The notes under the pieces are model-generated. The model was not told the origin of the DNA. It saw nothing but the letters and a program-made list of their open reading frames with translations, and searched no databases. A stretch of DNA of 64,000 bases, from positions 3,787,334 through 3,851,333 of the forward strand of contig CBDCXR010000004.1 in assembly GCA_965223845.1 (NCBI GenBank), given 5' to 3'. This DNA comes from Planctomycetota bacterium. GTDB lineage: Bacteria > Planctomycetota > UBA8108 > SXIK01. Below are positions 18,836-27,953 of this stretch, piece after piece. Position numbers and translations under genes: made by a program. Position 1 is the first letter of the stretch. Each line of letters opens with the position of its first letter.

Positions 18836-20140
18836 GTGAGCTCGACGCACAACACCTTCGTGGGATTCGGCTTCGGTGCAATTCAGGCCGGGCTCTTCGC
18901 GCTCGAGGCCCAGCGCTCCGGACGCTTCGAGCGGATCGTGCTGGTCGAGGTCATCCCGGAGCTGGTCCACGCCGTTCGAGCGGCCGAAGGACGCTTTCGC
19001 GTCAACGTCGCCCACCTCGACCGGGTCGAGGACGTCGGCGTCGGTCCCGTCGAGATCTACGATCCCGCCGACGCGAGCGATCGCAGCCGGATCGTTCGCG
19101 CGATCGGCGAGGCCGCCGAGCTCGCCACGGCCGTTCCGAGCGTCGGCGCCTACTCGACCGGCGAACCCTCGAGCATCGACCGGCTGCTCGCGGACGGACT
19201 CGCCGCGCGACACGGGTCGGATCGCTCCGCGCCGCCACTCGTCGTCTACGCCGCGGAAAACCAGCTCGAAGCCGCAGCGATCCTCCGCGGAAAAGTCGCG
19301 AGCGCACTCGCGGGGACACCGCACCGCGACGCGGTTCTCTCCGGCGCCTGCTTTCTCGATACGGTGATCGGGAAAATGAGCGCGGTCGTGAGTGATCCTC
19401 GCCGTATCGCGGCGGAAACGCTCGCTCCGATCGCTCCAGGGATCGACCGCGCGTTCCTCGTCGAAGCGTTTCGCCACATTCTCGTCTCGCGGGTAGAGCG
19501 CGCCGACGGAACGCGCATCGATCGCTGCCTCGACATCTTCGAGGAGAAGGTCGACCTCACGCCTTTCGAGGAAGCGAAGCTCTTCGGTCACAACGCGACG
19601 CACGCGCTCGCCGGCTACCTTGCGGCGGCGCTCGGAATCGGTCGGATGGCGGAAATCGCAAGCGTTCCGGGGGCAATCGAGTTTCTTCGCGACGCGTTCA
19701 CCACGGAGTCTTGGCCCGCGCTCGCAGCTCGTTGGGCGGACGTCGATCCGCTCTTCACCACGTCCGGCTACGCGCGCTACGGCGACGAGCTCATCGACCG
19801 GATGCTCAATCCGTTCCTCGGCGATCCGGTCGCCCGCATCACCCGCGATCCCGAGCGCAAGCTCGGCTGGGATGATCGACTCGTCGGCGTGGTGCGACGG
19901 GCGCGCGCAGCCGGGGTGCCCGCACGGCGCTACGCGCTCGGGACGGTCGCGGCTCTCGATGCGAATTCCCCGGCGCTCCTCTCGAGCTGGTCCGAAGCCG
20001 AGACGTTCCTCCGAAACCTCTGGCCCGCGAGCGCGCCCGCCGGCGAAGTCGAGGCGATCCTCGATCTCGTTCGCGACGCAACGGGGGCGTTTCTCCGGTG
20101 GCGGAGCTCGGCGAGCCGAACATTTCCCTCGGTCGAGTAG
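18836..20140 (+). CDS. mannitol dehydrogenase family-like NAD-dependent oxidoreductase (function uncertain)
   Basis: N-terminal Rossmann-like FVGFGFGAIQAGLF. The central segment FEEAKLFGHNATHALAGYLAAALG resembles the MtlD block ERKLFTLNTGHAITAYLG. Start taken at GTG 18836 so that the Rossmann motif is N-terminal; the TTG at 18734 in the track is an alternative. Confidence 0.55.
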   Translation: MSSTHNTFVGFGFGAIQAGLFALEAQRSGRFERIVLVEVIPELVHAVRAAEGRFRVNVAHLDRVEDVGVGPVEIYDPADASDRSRIVRAIGEAAELATAVPSVGAYSTGEPSSIDRLLADGLAARHGSDRSAPPLVVYAAENQLEAAAILRGKVASALAGTPHRDAVLSGACFLDTVIGKMSAVVSDPRRIAAETLAPIAPGIDRAFLVEAFRHILVSRVERADGTRIDRCLDIFEEKVDLTPFEEAKLFGHNATHALAGYLAAALGIGRMAEIASVPGAIEFLRDAFTTESWPALAARWADVDPLFTTSGYARYGDELIDRMLNPFLGDPVARITRDPERKLGWDDRLVGVVRRARAAGVPARRYALGTVAALDANSPALLSSWSEAETFLRNLWPASAPAGEVEAILDLVRDATGAFLRWRSSASRTFPSVE

Positions 20141-20358
20141 CGGGACCGCGCCGCCCGTCCGGTGAGCGGGGCCACGCGGCGGTCTCCCACCGTCCCGCTC
20201 GACGCCGCCGGCGCCCGGGCTCGATCGCGAGCGAAGGGCTGCCACGGAACGGTGAATTTGAGAGAATGGCCGGCCGGCTCCGCGCGCGACGCGGGTGGAC
20301 GCAGCGGACGGACGAGCAACGACACCGAACGACCGAGAGGAATCCCCAGAAGTCTACG

Positions 20359-20589
20359 ATGGCACACGCAATCCAGATGCCCCGAGCGGGACAGAGCATG
20401 ATCGAGGGCCGGGTCGTCGCGTGGCTCAAGAAGGAAGGCGAGGCCGTCGAGCGCGGCGAGCCTCTGCTCGAGATCGAGACCGACAAGGCGAATCTCGAAG
20501 TCGAAGCACTCGAGGCGGGCATCCTCCGCAAGGTGCTGGCGAAAGAAGGCGACGTCGTCCCCGTGCTGTCCGTGGTCGGCGTGATCGGC
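20359..20589 (+). repeat. lipoyl-domain coding repeat, copy 1
   Basis: IQMPRAGQSMIEGRVVAWLKKEGEAVERGEPLLEIETDKANLEVEALEAGILRKV... has a near-identical layout to copy 2. Long shared nucleotide strings are visible (gcgggacagagcatg, gtcgagcgcggcgagcc, gacaaggcgaatctcga). Confidence 0.85.
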
Positions 20590-22029
20590 GCGGCGGACGA
20601 AGCGATCGACTACGATGCTCTCGTATCTGCCGCCGCCGAAGCGGCGGAGGAGTCTAAGCCGACCACCGACGCGGCGACGGAACCCTCGACGGAAGCGGCG
20701 ACGCCGCCGGCTGACGCGGAGCTCGTCGGCCACACGGTGCTCATGCCCCAGGCGGGACAGAGCATGACGGAAGGCCGAATCCTCTCGTGGCTGAAGAACG
20801 AAGGGGACGCGGTCGAGCGCGGCGAGCCGCTCGTAGAGATCGAAACGGACAAGGCGAATCTCGAGATCGAGGCTCTCGCCGCGGGACATCTGCGCAAGAT
20901 CTTCGCGAACGAAGGAGAGCTCGTCCCCGTGCTCGCCGCGGTCGCGGTGATCGGACCGAGAGACGCGGACATCGACTTCGACGAGCACGCGCGGCGCGCC
21001 GAGGCGGCGCGGGCGCAAGGGACCGCGCCGCCGCCCGCCGCGCCCACGGCGAGTCCGGCCCCCGCCCGCTCGCCCGCCGAGCCGGCGGCGGCGACGAATC
21101 CGCGGCGCCCGGCGCCCGCGGTGGCGAGCCCGACGGTGACCGCCGCCGCGTCGCGCCGTCTCGCCGCCTCGCCGCTAGCGCGGAGGGTCGCGAAGGAGCG
21201 CGGCGTCACGCTCTCCGCCGTCCGCGGCACCGGACCGAACGGGCGCATCCTCCGGCGCGACGTCGAGGCGGCGCCGGCCGGCGGCGGTCACGCAGCTGCG
21301 AATGGCGCGGGGATCGATCTCTCCGCGCTCGGTGCGAGCCGCCCGTACCCCGAACCGGCCGCGCGCCCGCCGGCCGAGGTTCCGCTGACCGGCATGCGGG
21401 GCGCGATCGCGTCGGCTCTCCAGCAGTCGAAGCAGACGCTCCCCCATTTCTACGAGGCGATCACCGCGGATGTGACGGCGCTTCTCGAGCGGAGGAGTGG
21501 GCTCGAGCAAGAAGGTGCCCGCGTTTCCGTGAACGACTTCGTCGTCCGGGCCGTCGCGATCGCACTAGCCGATGAACCTCGCGTCAACTGTCGCGTTGCG
21601 GACGATCGCATCGAATATCCTTCGGCGGTCAACATCGGCATCGCCGTCGGAACGGAAGACGGGCTCGTCGTCCCCGTCGTGCAGAACGCCGCGACGCTCG
21701 ATCTCGTCGGACTCTCCGCCGAGTCGAAGCGCATCATCGAAGCCGCGCGCTCCGGGAAGTTGATCGGAATGGGAACGGGCACCTTCACGATCTCGAATCT
21801 CGGCATGTTCGGCATCGAGAGCTTCAGCGCGATCATCAATCCGCCGGAAGGCGCGATCCTCGCCGTCGGCGCCGCTCGACCCGAGCTCCGGCCCTGGGCC
21901 GGCGGCTTCGCGCCGCGAGCGGTGATGACGCTCACGCTTTCTGCGGACCACCGCGCGATCGATGGCGTGCTCGCCGCTCGATTCCTCAGTCGTCTGCGTT
22001 CGCTGCTCGAAGAGCCGGATCGGTTGTAA
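20359..22029 (+). CDS. 2-oxoacid dehydrogenase complex E2 dihydrolipoyl acyltransferase with two lipoyl domains
   Basis: Two lipoyl domains, each with EIETDKA. E3/E1-binding segment ASPLARRVAKERGVTLSAVRGTGPNGRILRRDV. Catalytic domain with SADHRAIDG. No E1 or E3 gene in the window. Confidence 0.9.
   Translation: MAHAIQMPRAGQSMIEGRVVAWLKKEGEAVERGEPLLEIETDKANLEVEALEAGILRKVLAKEGDVVPVLSVVGVIGAADEAIDYDALVSAAAEAAEESKPTTDAATEPSTEAATPPADAELVGHTVLMPQAGQSMTEGRILSWLKNEGDAVERGEPLVEIETDKANLEIEALAAGHLRKIFANEGELVPVLAAVAVIGPRDADIDFDEHARRAEAARAQGTAPPPAAPTASPAPARSPAEPAAATNPRRPAPAVASPTVTAAASRRLAASPLARRVAKERGVTLSAVRGTGPNGRILRRDVEAAPAGGGHAAANGAGIDLSALGASRPYPEPAARPPAEVPLTGMRGAIASALQQSKQTLPHFYEAITADVTALLERRSGLEQEGARVSVNDFVVRAVAIALADEPRVNCRVADDRIEYPSAVNIGIAVGTEDGLVVPVVQNAATLDLVGLSAESKRIIEAARSGKLIGMGTGTFTISNLGMFGIESFSAIINPPEGAILAVGAARPELRPWAGGFAPRAVMTLTLSADHRAIDGVLAARFLSRLRSLLEEPDRL
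20728..20955 (+). repeat. lipoyl-domain coding repeat, copy 2
   Basis: VLMPQAGQSMTEGRILSWLKNEGDAVERGEPLVEIETDKANLEIEALAAGHLRKI... is a tandem duplicate of copy 1, separated by an Ala/Pro/Glu-rich linker. Confidence 0.85.
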
Positions 22030-22040
22030 AACTCGCGGGG

Positions 22041-22064
22041 GATCGACGCCTCGAGGCGTCGGTT
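22041..22064. terminator. hairpin between the convergent E2 and lipB genes (possible bidirectional terminator)
   Basis: CGACGCC-TCGA-GGCGTCG is a perfect 7-bp stem with a tetraloop (22044-22061), extendable by A-T and G-U pairs. There is no strong U-run on either side. Confidence 0.35.
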
Positions 22065-22068
22065 CGAG

Positions 22069-22779
22069 TCAACCGTTCGCGAGCGCTTCGGCCTCCGCCG
22101 CGACGAGTAGCCGGAGATTCCGATCGAACACGCTCGTGAACGACCGGTGAACCGCGCCGCAGAGCGCCGTCCACTCGGGAAGAGACCCGGCCGGCAACTC
22201 GCGCTCGAGGCTCGTTACTTCGGCGTCCGAGATCCCGCAGGGAACGATCGTATCGAAGCCGTCGAGATCTCTCTCGACGTTGAGAGCGAAGCCGTGTGAC
22301 GTCACCCACTGCTGCGCGCGGATGCCGATCGCCGCGATCTTGCGCGGAGCCGCGTCCGGACCGACCCACACTCCCGTGCGCCCGTCGACGCGTCGCCCGA
22401 CGATCTCGTAATCCGCGAGTACTCCGAGCAGAGCCTCCTCGACGCGCCGAAGATAGGCGTGGAGGTCCCGCTCGTCGCCCGAGAGCTGGACGATCGGATA
22501 TCCGACGAGTTGCCCCGGACGGTGAAACGTCACGTCGCCGCCGCGGCGCGACGGGACGATCGCGATGCCGCGCGAGGCGTACTCGGCTCGCGGGAGGCGG
22601 AGATGCTCATCGCCACCTCTCGTGCCCCACGTCACCGTAGGCGGGTGCTCGAGGAGCCACAGAAGATCCGGAATCTCGTCCGCTGCACGGCGTTTGACGA
22701 GACGCTCTTGCGTTCGCGTGGCGTCGTCGTAGCGGATCGGAGTTCGAGGTGTACGGACGTTCTCGGGGAGGAGATTCAC
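22069..22779 (-). CDS. lipB: lipoyl(octanoyl) transferase
   Basis: LWLLEHPPTVTWG, RRGGDVTFHRPGQLVGYP, KIAAIGIRAQQWVTSHGFALNV, IVPCGI (catalytic Cys and Lys regions). GTG start. Confidence 0.9.
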   Translation of the reverse strand: MNLLPENVRTPRTPIRYDDATRTQERLVKRRAADEIPDLLWLLEHPPTVTWGTRGGDEHLRLPRAEYASRGIAIVPSRRGGDVTFHRPGQLVGYPIVQLSGDERDLHAYLRRVEEALLGVLADYEIVGRRVDGRTGVWVGPDAAPRKIAAIGIRAQQWVTSHGFALNVERDLDGFDTIVPCGISDAEVTSLERELPAGSLPEWTALCGAVHRSFTSVFDRNLRLLVAAEAEALANG

Positions 22780-22866
22780 ACGAAGTGCGCGAAGGATCGC
22801 GAAGGGAGAGAAGAAGTAAGAATAAGAGTAGGAATGAGAGCGAGAATAAAAGGAAGCGCGCCCGGG

Positions 22867-22913
22867 TGGGAAGGAAAACGCCCGGCGAACGGGGAACCGG
22901 TCGCCGGGCGTTT
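22867..22913 (-). terminator. intrinsic terminator downstream of amtB
   Basis: On the minus strand AAACGCCCGGCGA...TCGCCGGGCGTTT (13-bp, GC-rich stem, 12-nt loop) is followed by TTTTCCTTCC. It starts 23 nt after the amtB TAA stop. Confidence 0.65.
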
Positions 22914-22935
22914 CGCTATTACCGACTGAAGCGAG

Positions 22936-24324
22936 TTACACGTCGTAGCCGACTTCGCCGTGCTGCGAGAGGTCGAGGCCCTGGAGCTCCTCGTCCTCGC
23001 TCGCGCGGAATCCCTTCGTGACCGCGTTCACGATTGCGTAGAGGATCGCCGTCACGACGGCGGAGTACACCATGGTGATGACGACGGCGAGAATCTGCGT
23101 GAGGATCAACCCGCCGCTCGGCACTCCGCCTACAGAGACGAAGACGCCCGTGAGGATCGCGCCGACGGTTCCACCGACTCCGTGGACGCCGAACGCGTCG
23201 AGCGAGTCATCGAATCCGAGGCGCGCCTTGAGGACGGCGACGCAGAAGTAGCACACCGCCGCGACGATGACGCCCATGATGAGAGCGGCTCCGGGCTGGA
23301 CGTATCCCGCCGCCGGGGTGATGCAGACGAGGCCCGCAACGAGTCCCGTGGCGACGCCGAGCACGGTGGCCTTTCCGTGGTGGACCCGCTCGATCACCGC
23401 CCACGCGAGAGCGGCCGATGCCGCGCAAACGTGAGTGACGGTGAACGCGAGAACGGCGGTCCCGTCGCTCGCGAGACCGCTCCCGCCGTTGAATCCGAAC
23501 CAGCCGAACCAGAGGAGACCGGCTCCGAGCACGGTGAGGGTCAGGTTATTCGGCGCCATTTTCTGCTGCGGGTAGCCGCGGCGCTTCCCGATGAGGATCG
23601 CGAGAACGAGCGCGGACACACCCGACGAGATGTGGACGACGGTTCCACCGGCGAAGTCGATCGCGCCGTAGCCGGTCACGCCTTCGAGCCACCCGTCACC
23701 ACCGAGCAGGCCACCACCCCAGACCCAGTGGCAGATCGGATCGTAGACGAGCGTCGCCCAGAGGAGCGTGAAGAGGACGTAGGGTCCGAACCGCACGCGT
23801 TCCGCGAACGCTCCGGCGATGAGGGCCGGCGTGATGATCGCGAACATCATCTGGAAGGTCATGAAGAGCATGTGCGGGATGACGTGTCCCGAGTTCGGTT
23901 GGGGCGCATCCCAAGCGACTCCGCTCAGCATGAAGTAGTCCATGCCGCCGATGAATCCGCCCACATCGGTCCCGAAGGCGAGACTGTAGCCGATCACCAC
24001 CCACTGCACGCTCACGAGTCCCATGCAGAACACGCTGTGCATCATCGTCCCGAGGACGTTCTTCGAGCGCACCATGCCCGCGTAGAAGAGGGCGAGGCCC
24101 GGCGTCATGAGGAGTACTAATGCGCACGAGGCGAGAATCCACGCGATCGATCCCGAATCGAGCGCCGACGCCACCTCGGCGGCGGCTTCGGCAGCGGCTT
24201 CGGTGGCAGCCTCGACGACTTCGGCGCCCTCGGCACCTTCACCCTGGCCGAAAGCGATCGCCGGCATCCCGGCACTGAGCAGGCCGGCGACCCAAGATCG
24301 CCGGCGTTTTGAGAAGGAAAACAT
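22936..24324 (-). CDS. amtB: ammonium transporter (Amt family)
   Basis: Signal peptide then LVLLMTPGLALFYAGMVRSKN, GAIDFAGGTVVHISSG, FGWFGFNGGS and LDAFGVHGVGG (the twin-His and Phe-gate regions). Starts at MFSFSK (24324). Confidence 0.92.
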   Translation of the reverse strand: MFSFSKRRRSWVAGLLSAGMPAIAFGQGEGAEGAEVVEAATEAAAEAAAEVASALDSGSIAWILASCALVLLMTPGLALFYAGMVRSKNVLGTMMHSVFCMGLVSVQWVVIGYSLAFGTDVGGFIGGMDYFMLSGVAWDAPQPNSGHVIPHMLFMTFQMMFAIITPALIAGAFAERVRFGPYVLFTLLWATLVYDPICHWVWGGGLLGGDGWLEGVTGYGAIDFAGGTVVHISSGVSALVLAILIGKRRGYPQQKMAPNNLTLTVLGAGLLWFGWFGFNGGSGLASDGTAVLAFTVTHVCAASAALAWAVIERVHHGKATVLGVATGLVAGLVCITPAAGYVQPGAALIMGVIVAAVCYFCVAVLKARLGFDDSLDAFGVHGVGGTVGAILTGVFVSVGGVPSGGLILTQILAVVITMVYSAVVTAILYAIVNAVTKGFRASEDEELQGLDLSQHGEVGYDV

Positions 24325-24451
24325 CTCGAATGACCTCAAACGAAGTTTGCTTGCGGAACGCGACGTCGGTGGGGACCCCTCCACCACGGAGTCGCACGCG
24401 CGAACAAACGCGAGGAATCGTCCTCCGGAAGCTGCCTCGACCGCGAGTGCG

Positions 24452-24799
24452 TTAGATCGCCTCGTTGCCGCGTTCGCCCGTGCGGATGCGCACGCAGTCT
24501 TCGAGCGGAAGGACGAAGATCTTGCCGTCTCCGATCTTCCCTTCCTCGCCGGTGCGACCGCCGCGGATGATCGCCTCGATCGTCGCCTCGACGAATTCGT
24601 CGTTGACCGCAATCTCGAGCCGAACTTTCGGGATGAGATTCACCTGGTACTCGTGACCGCGGTAAATCTCGGTGTGTCCCTTCTGGCGTCCGAGCCCCTG
24701 CGCGTCGCTAACGGTGAGGCGAAAGACCTCGACCGAGCTGAGCGCTTCTTTCACCGCCTCAAGTCGAGACGGCTGCACGACAGCGATGATGTACTTCAT
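24452..24799 (-). CDS. glnK: nitrogen regulatory protein P-II
   Basis: MKYIIAVVQPSRLEAVKEAL... T-loop GRQKGHTEIYRGHEY with the uridylylatable Tyr. C-terminal GDGKIFVLPLE. GGAGAGG SD upstream. Adjacent to amtB. Confidence 0.92.
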   Translation of the reverse strand: MKYIIAVVQPSRLEAVKEALSSVEVFRLTVSDAQGLGRQKGHTEIYRGHEYQVNLIPKVRLEIAVNDEFVEATIEAIIRGGRTGEEGKIGDGKIFVLPLEDCVRIRTGERGNEAI

Positions 24800-24843
24800 A
24801 GGAACCTCTCCGATGGGCTGTTCTCTCGACGGTGGAGCTCGGG

Positions 24844-24862
24844 CCGATTCGGCGCGAATCGG
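24844..24862. promoter_or_regulatory. perfect 8-bp inverted repeat upstream of glnK
   Basis: CCGATTCG-GCG-CGAATCGG lies 45-63 nt upstream of the glnK ATG, in the 153-nt gap after glnD. Confidence 0.3.
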
Positions 24863-24952
24863 ATCAGAAACAACCCTCCTCGCCGCACCGCGAGATTCGT
24901 TCATCCTCTCTAGTTTGAGCCGATCGCCCTCGACGACCGGCGCCGAAAGCTT

Positions 24953-27682
24953 TTACCCCACGCCTGTAGTCTCCGCACCACTCTCCTCGGGCTCCGCCGC
25001 GTCGCGGCCGCGCGCCCGAAGGAGCAGCTCTCTCTCGACACGACGTTGAATCTCCGGGTCACTCACCTTCAACCCGTCGGCTCCGAGCACGTAGAAGACG
25101 TCTCGAACTCGAGCGCCGAAGGTGGAAAGTTTTGCCGTGTGGACGCCGAGGCCGCGCTCGTGGAGACCCGACGCCACATCGAACAGGAGGCCGGGCCGGT
25201 CTCCCGCATTCACCTCGATCACCGTAAACCGTTCCGAGCTCACGTTGTTGATCGTCACCCGCGGCCCGTACAACGGACGGGGAGCTCGATGGCGCCCGAG
25301 TCTCGCGCGGTGCTCCTCCACGACGCTCGAAACTTCGATCGCTGACGATTCTAAAGACGCGAAGGAGCCGCGCAGGCGCTCGATTCGCGTCGAGACGGGG
25401 ATCCTCACGCCGTCGTCGACCTCGACGATGAACTGATCGATCGCGAAGCCATCGGCGTGCGAGTAGATGCGCGCCCCGAGAACGCTGAACCCCTGACAAA
25501 AGAGAAGCCCGGTCAACTCGGCAAATAGTCCGGGGCGATCGGGAGCGCAGATGCTCACCTCGTGGTAGTCGCCGAACGCCTCCGCGCTCACCCCGACCGA
25601 TCCGTGCTCGCGGACCCCGTCTAGCAACTCGACGTGACGGAGCATCGTCTCCGGGCGCACTTCGCGCCCGTAGTCGGAGCCCTCCATCGAACGGCAATGC
25701 TCCCGCAGTCTCGCGCGCTGCGCGTCGTCGAGGTCGGCGTCCTCGACGAGGGACCGCAGCTCGGTCCCCGCTGGCTCTCCCGTGCGCAGCCGCTCGAGTG
25801 TGTTCTCGTACACTTCCTTGAGCTGTGCGCCCTTCCACCCCGTCCAAGTGCCCGGGCCGACAGATTTGATGTCGAGGTGAGTCAGTAGGTAGAGCATCTT
25901 GAGCCGTTCCGCGGTTTCGCACGCTGTCGCGAGCCCCGCGATGACGTCGGGGTCCGAGTAGTTCCGCCGCTCGGAGACTCGGAAGAGTCGAAGATGCCGG
26001 TAGACGAGGAATTCGACCGCGGATGCGATCTCGCTCGTTAGCCCCAATCGCTCACAAACGATGGCCGAAATCGTCCAGCCGCTCACCGAATGATCGCCTT
26101 CGAATGCCTTTCCGACGTCGTGGAGAAGAAGCGCGAGGCGGAGCGGCAAAGGATCGCTGAGCTCGTCGTAGACGCGGCGGAACTCGCGCTCGGTCGAGTC
26201 GTCGCCCTCGGCGATGCGGTCGAGCTCACGGAGGGCACGAAGCGTGTGGGCATCGACGGTGAAATGGTGGTGTCCATCGAAGCTGACGAGACAATCGAGC
26301 TTCCGGAACTCCGGTAGAATCCGTGCGAGGAGCCCGGTCTCGTGCATCGCGGTCAACGCTTCCCCGACGCGTTGCTCGTGCCGCAGAATCGAGACGAACT
26401 TGCGCATCACCGGAGCCGAGTGCGTCAAGTCGCCCGGCTCGCGCGCGACGCGCTGGCGAATCCATTCGCGCAGCGTTTCGCTCGGTCGAATGTCTTTCTT
26501 CTGTGCGACGCGAAGGAAGTCGAGGATCTCCTCGGGCGTCCCTCCGTTCGGCGGATCACCCGCGAGGTAAAGACGTCCCCGGTACGAATTGAGGACCGGG
26601 TGGACGCGATCGGCGACGAATGTCCGCGTGACCCAACTGAACGAACGACGCCCGCGCGTTTCGCTTTCCACGTAGTAGCGAAGAAAGCAATCGACGGCGC
26701 GGGTGTGACGGTAGTAGTCGCCCATGAGCTCCTCGACCGCGGCACGCGGATCGGCATCGGATCCGTAGCCGAGGTGTCGAGCGACGGCGAACTGGGTATC
26801 GCGCTCGAGCACGTCGAGGCGACTCTCGCTCTCCAAGTGGAGGGCACAGCGAACGCGGAGAAGAAAGCGATACGCCGCGCGCCAAGCGGTGACGTGATCC
26901 ACGGAGAAGTCGCCCGTCTGGGAGAGGCTGCGCATGCCTCGTCCGGCGTGGCGGAGATTCTCGATCCACCGAACGCGCTGAAGATCACGGAGTCCGCAGA
27001 TGCCGTCTTTCGTGTCGGGTTCGATGACGTACAGAGTGCGGCGCGGATCCTCGAGAGACTCGCGGAGAAGTCGCACCTGCTCCGAGCAGAATCTCGCTCC
27101 CCGACGTCGCCGATACCGCCAGAGCGCTTTCTCGCGGAACGTCGAGTAGACTTCGTCGCTTCCCCAGAGGTGGCGGGCGTCGAGAAGAGCCGTCGCCGTG
27201 CTCAGATCGTCGTGCATCCACCCGAAGCACTCCCGCGGCGATCGCACCGAGTGACCGAGTTCGAGCCCCGCGTCCCAGAGAAGAGGGACGAGTCGCTCCA
27301 CGCGATCCGTCGCGGCGCCCCGGCGAATGAGCACCAGGAGATCGACATCGGAATGCGGGCATTGCTCCGCGCGACCGAATCCGCCCACCGCGGCCAAGCA
27401 AACGCTCGCGGGCTCGAGCTCCGCGGCCAGAGCGCGCTCGACGACGACGCGATCGATCGCGGTCGAAAACGAGCGACAGGCTTCGAACGCGTCGCGGCCG
27501 GACTGAATCTCGCGGCGGAGTTGAGCGAGCGCGGAGTCGACCGAGGCGCGCTTCGCGTCGAGTCCCTCCGAGGCGCGCGGCGACGATCCGCGCATTCGCT
27601 CGCCGGAGTCGAGTCTCGGCCCGCCCGACCGGGACGAGTCGCCGGAATCTAGCGCCGGGCTCTCTGAATTCATTCGGGCCAT
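24953..27682 (-). CDS. glnD: [protein-PII] uridylyltransferase / uridylyl-removing enzyme
   Basis: Nucleotidyltransferase motif GGFGRAEQCPHSDVDLLVL. HD domain LLLHDVGK. Two C-terminal ACT-like domains (VSICAPDRPGLFAELTG, IEVNAGDRPGLLFDVASG). Start at MARM (27682) or MNSES (27673). Confidence 0.9.
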   Translation of the reverse strand: MARMNSESPALDSGDSSRSGGPRLDSGERMRGSSPRASEGLDAKRASVDSALAQLRREIQSGRDAFEACRSFSTAIDRVVVERALAAELEPASVCLAAVGGFGRAEQCPHSDVDLLVLIRRGAATDRVERLVPLLWDAGLELGHSVRSPRECFGWMHDDLSTATALLDARHLWGSDEVYSTFREKALWRYRRRRGARFCSEQVRLLRESLEDPRRTLYVIEPDTKDGICGLRDLQRVRWIENLRHAGRGMRSLSQTGDFSVDHVTAWRAAYRFLLRVRCALHLESESRLDVLERDTQFAVARHLGYGSDADPRAAVEELMGDYYRHTRAVDCFLRYYVESETRGRRSFSWVTRTFVADRVHPVLNSYRGRLYLAGDPPNGGTPEEILDFLRVAQKKDIRPSETLREWIRQRVAREPGDLTHSAPVMRKFVSILRHEQRVGEALTAMHETGLLARILPEFRKLDCLVSFDGHHHFTVDAHTLRALRELDRIAEGDDSTEREFRRVYDELSDPLPLRLALLLHDVGKAFEGDHSVSGWTISAIVCERLGLTSEIASAVEFLVYRHLRLFRVSERRNYSDPDVIAGLATACETAERLKMLYLLTHLDIKSVGPGTWTGWKGAQLKEVYENTLERLRTGEPAGTELRSLVEDADLDDAQRARLREHCRSMEGSDYGREVRPETMLRHVELLDGVREHGSVGVSAEAFGDYHEVSICAPDRPGLFAELTGLLFCQGFSVLGARIYSHADGFAIDQFIVEVDDGVRIPVSTRIERLRGSFASLESSAIEVSSVVEEHRARLGRHRAPRPLYGPRVTINNVSSERFTVIEVNAGDRPGLLFDVASGLHERGLGVHTAKLSTFGARVRDVFYVLGADGLKVSDPEIQRRVERELLLRARGRDAAEPEESGAETTGVG

Positions 27683-27953
27683 ACAAGTCCATCGACCCAG
27701 GCGGAGCTCCGCCGAGTCGAGATCTGCCGCTTCGGCGATCCGGAGGGGCTCGGCAAACGCACGAGAGCTCGAGACGGTACCGTCCGATCTCGCGTTTCGT
27801 TCGCCGGCAGTCCAGGAGCGACGCGAGCGAGCGAGCAAGTCCTATCTTGAAACTGTATGGACCCCCAATGGTCGCGCGCATTGTGGCCGATGGGCGGGCA
27901 CGGCGCAAGCCCGCCGCCTCTCCCGCCTAAACGAGATCGACCGCGCGGCGAGA

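Noticed and set aside
22749-23021. 90-aa plus-strand ORF across the purine-rich tract (Lys/Arg/Glu/Ser-rich)
   Set aside because: Its composition is dictated by the homopurine run. It runs through the amtB terminator hairpin and into the amtB coding region antisense, and no start context is visible.
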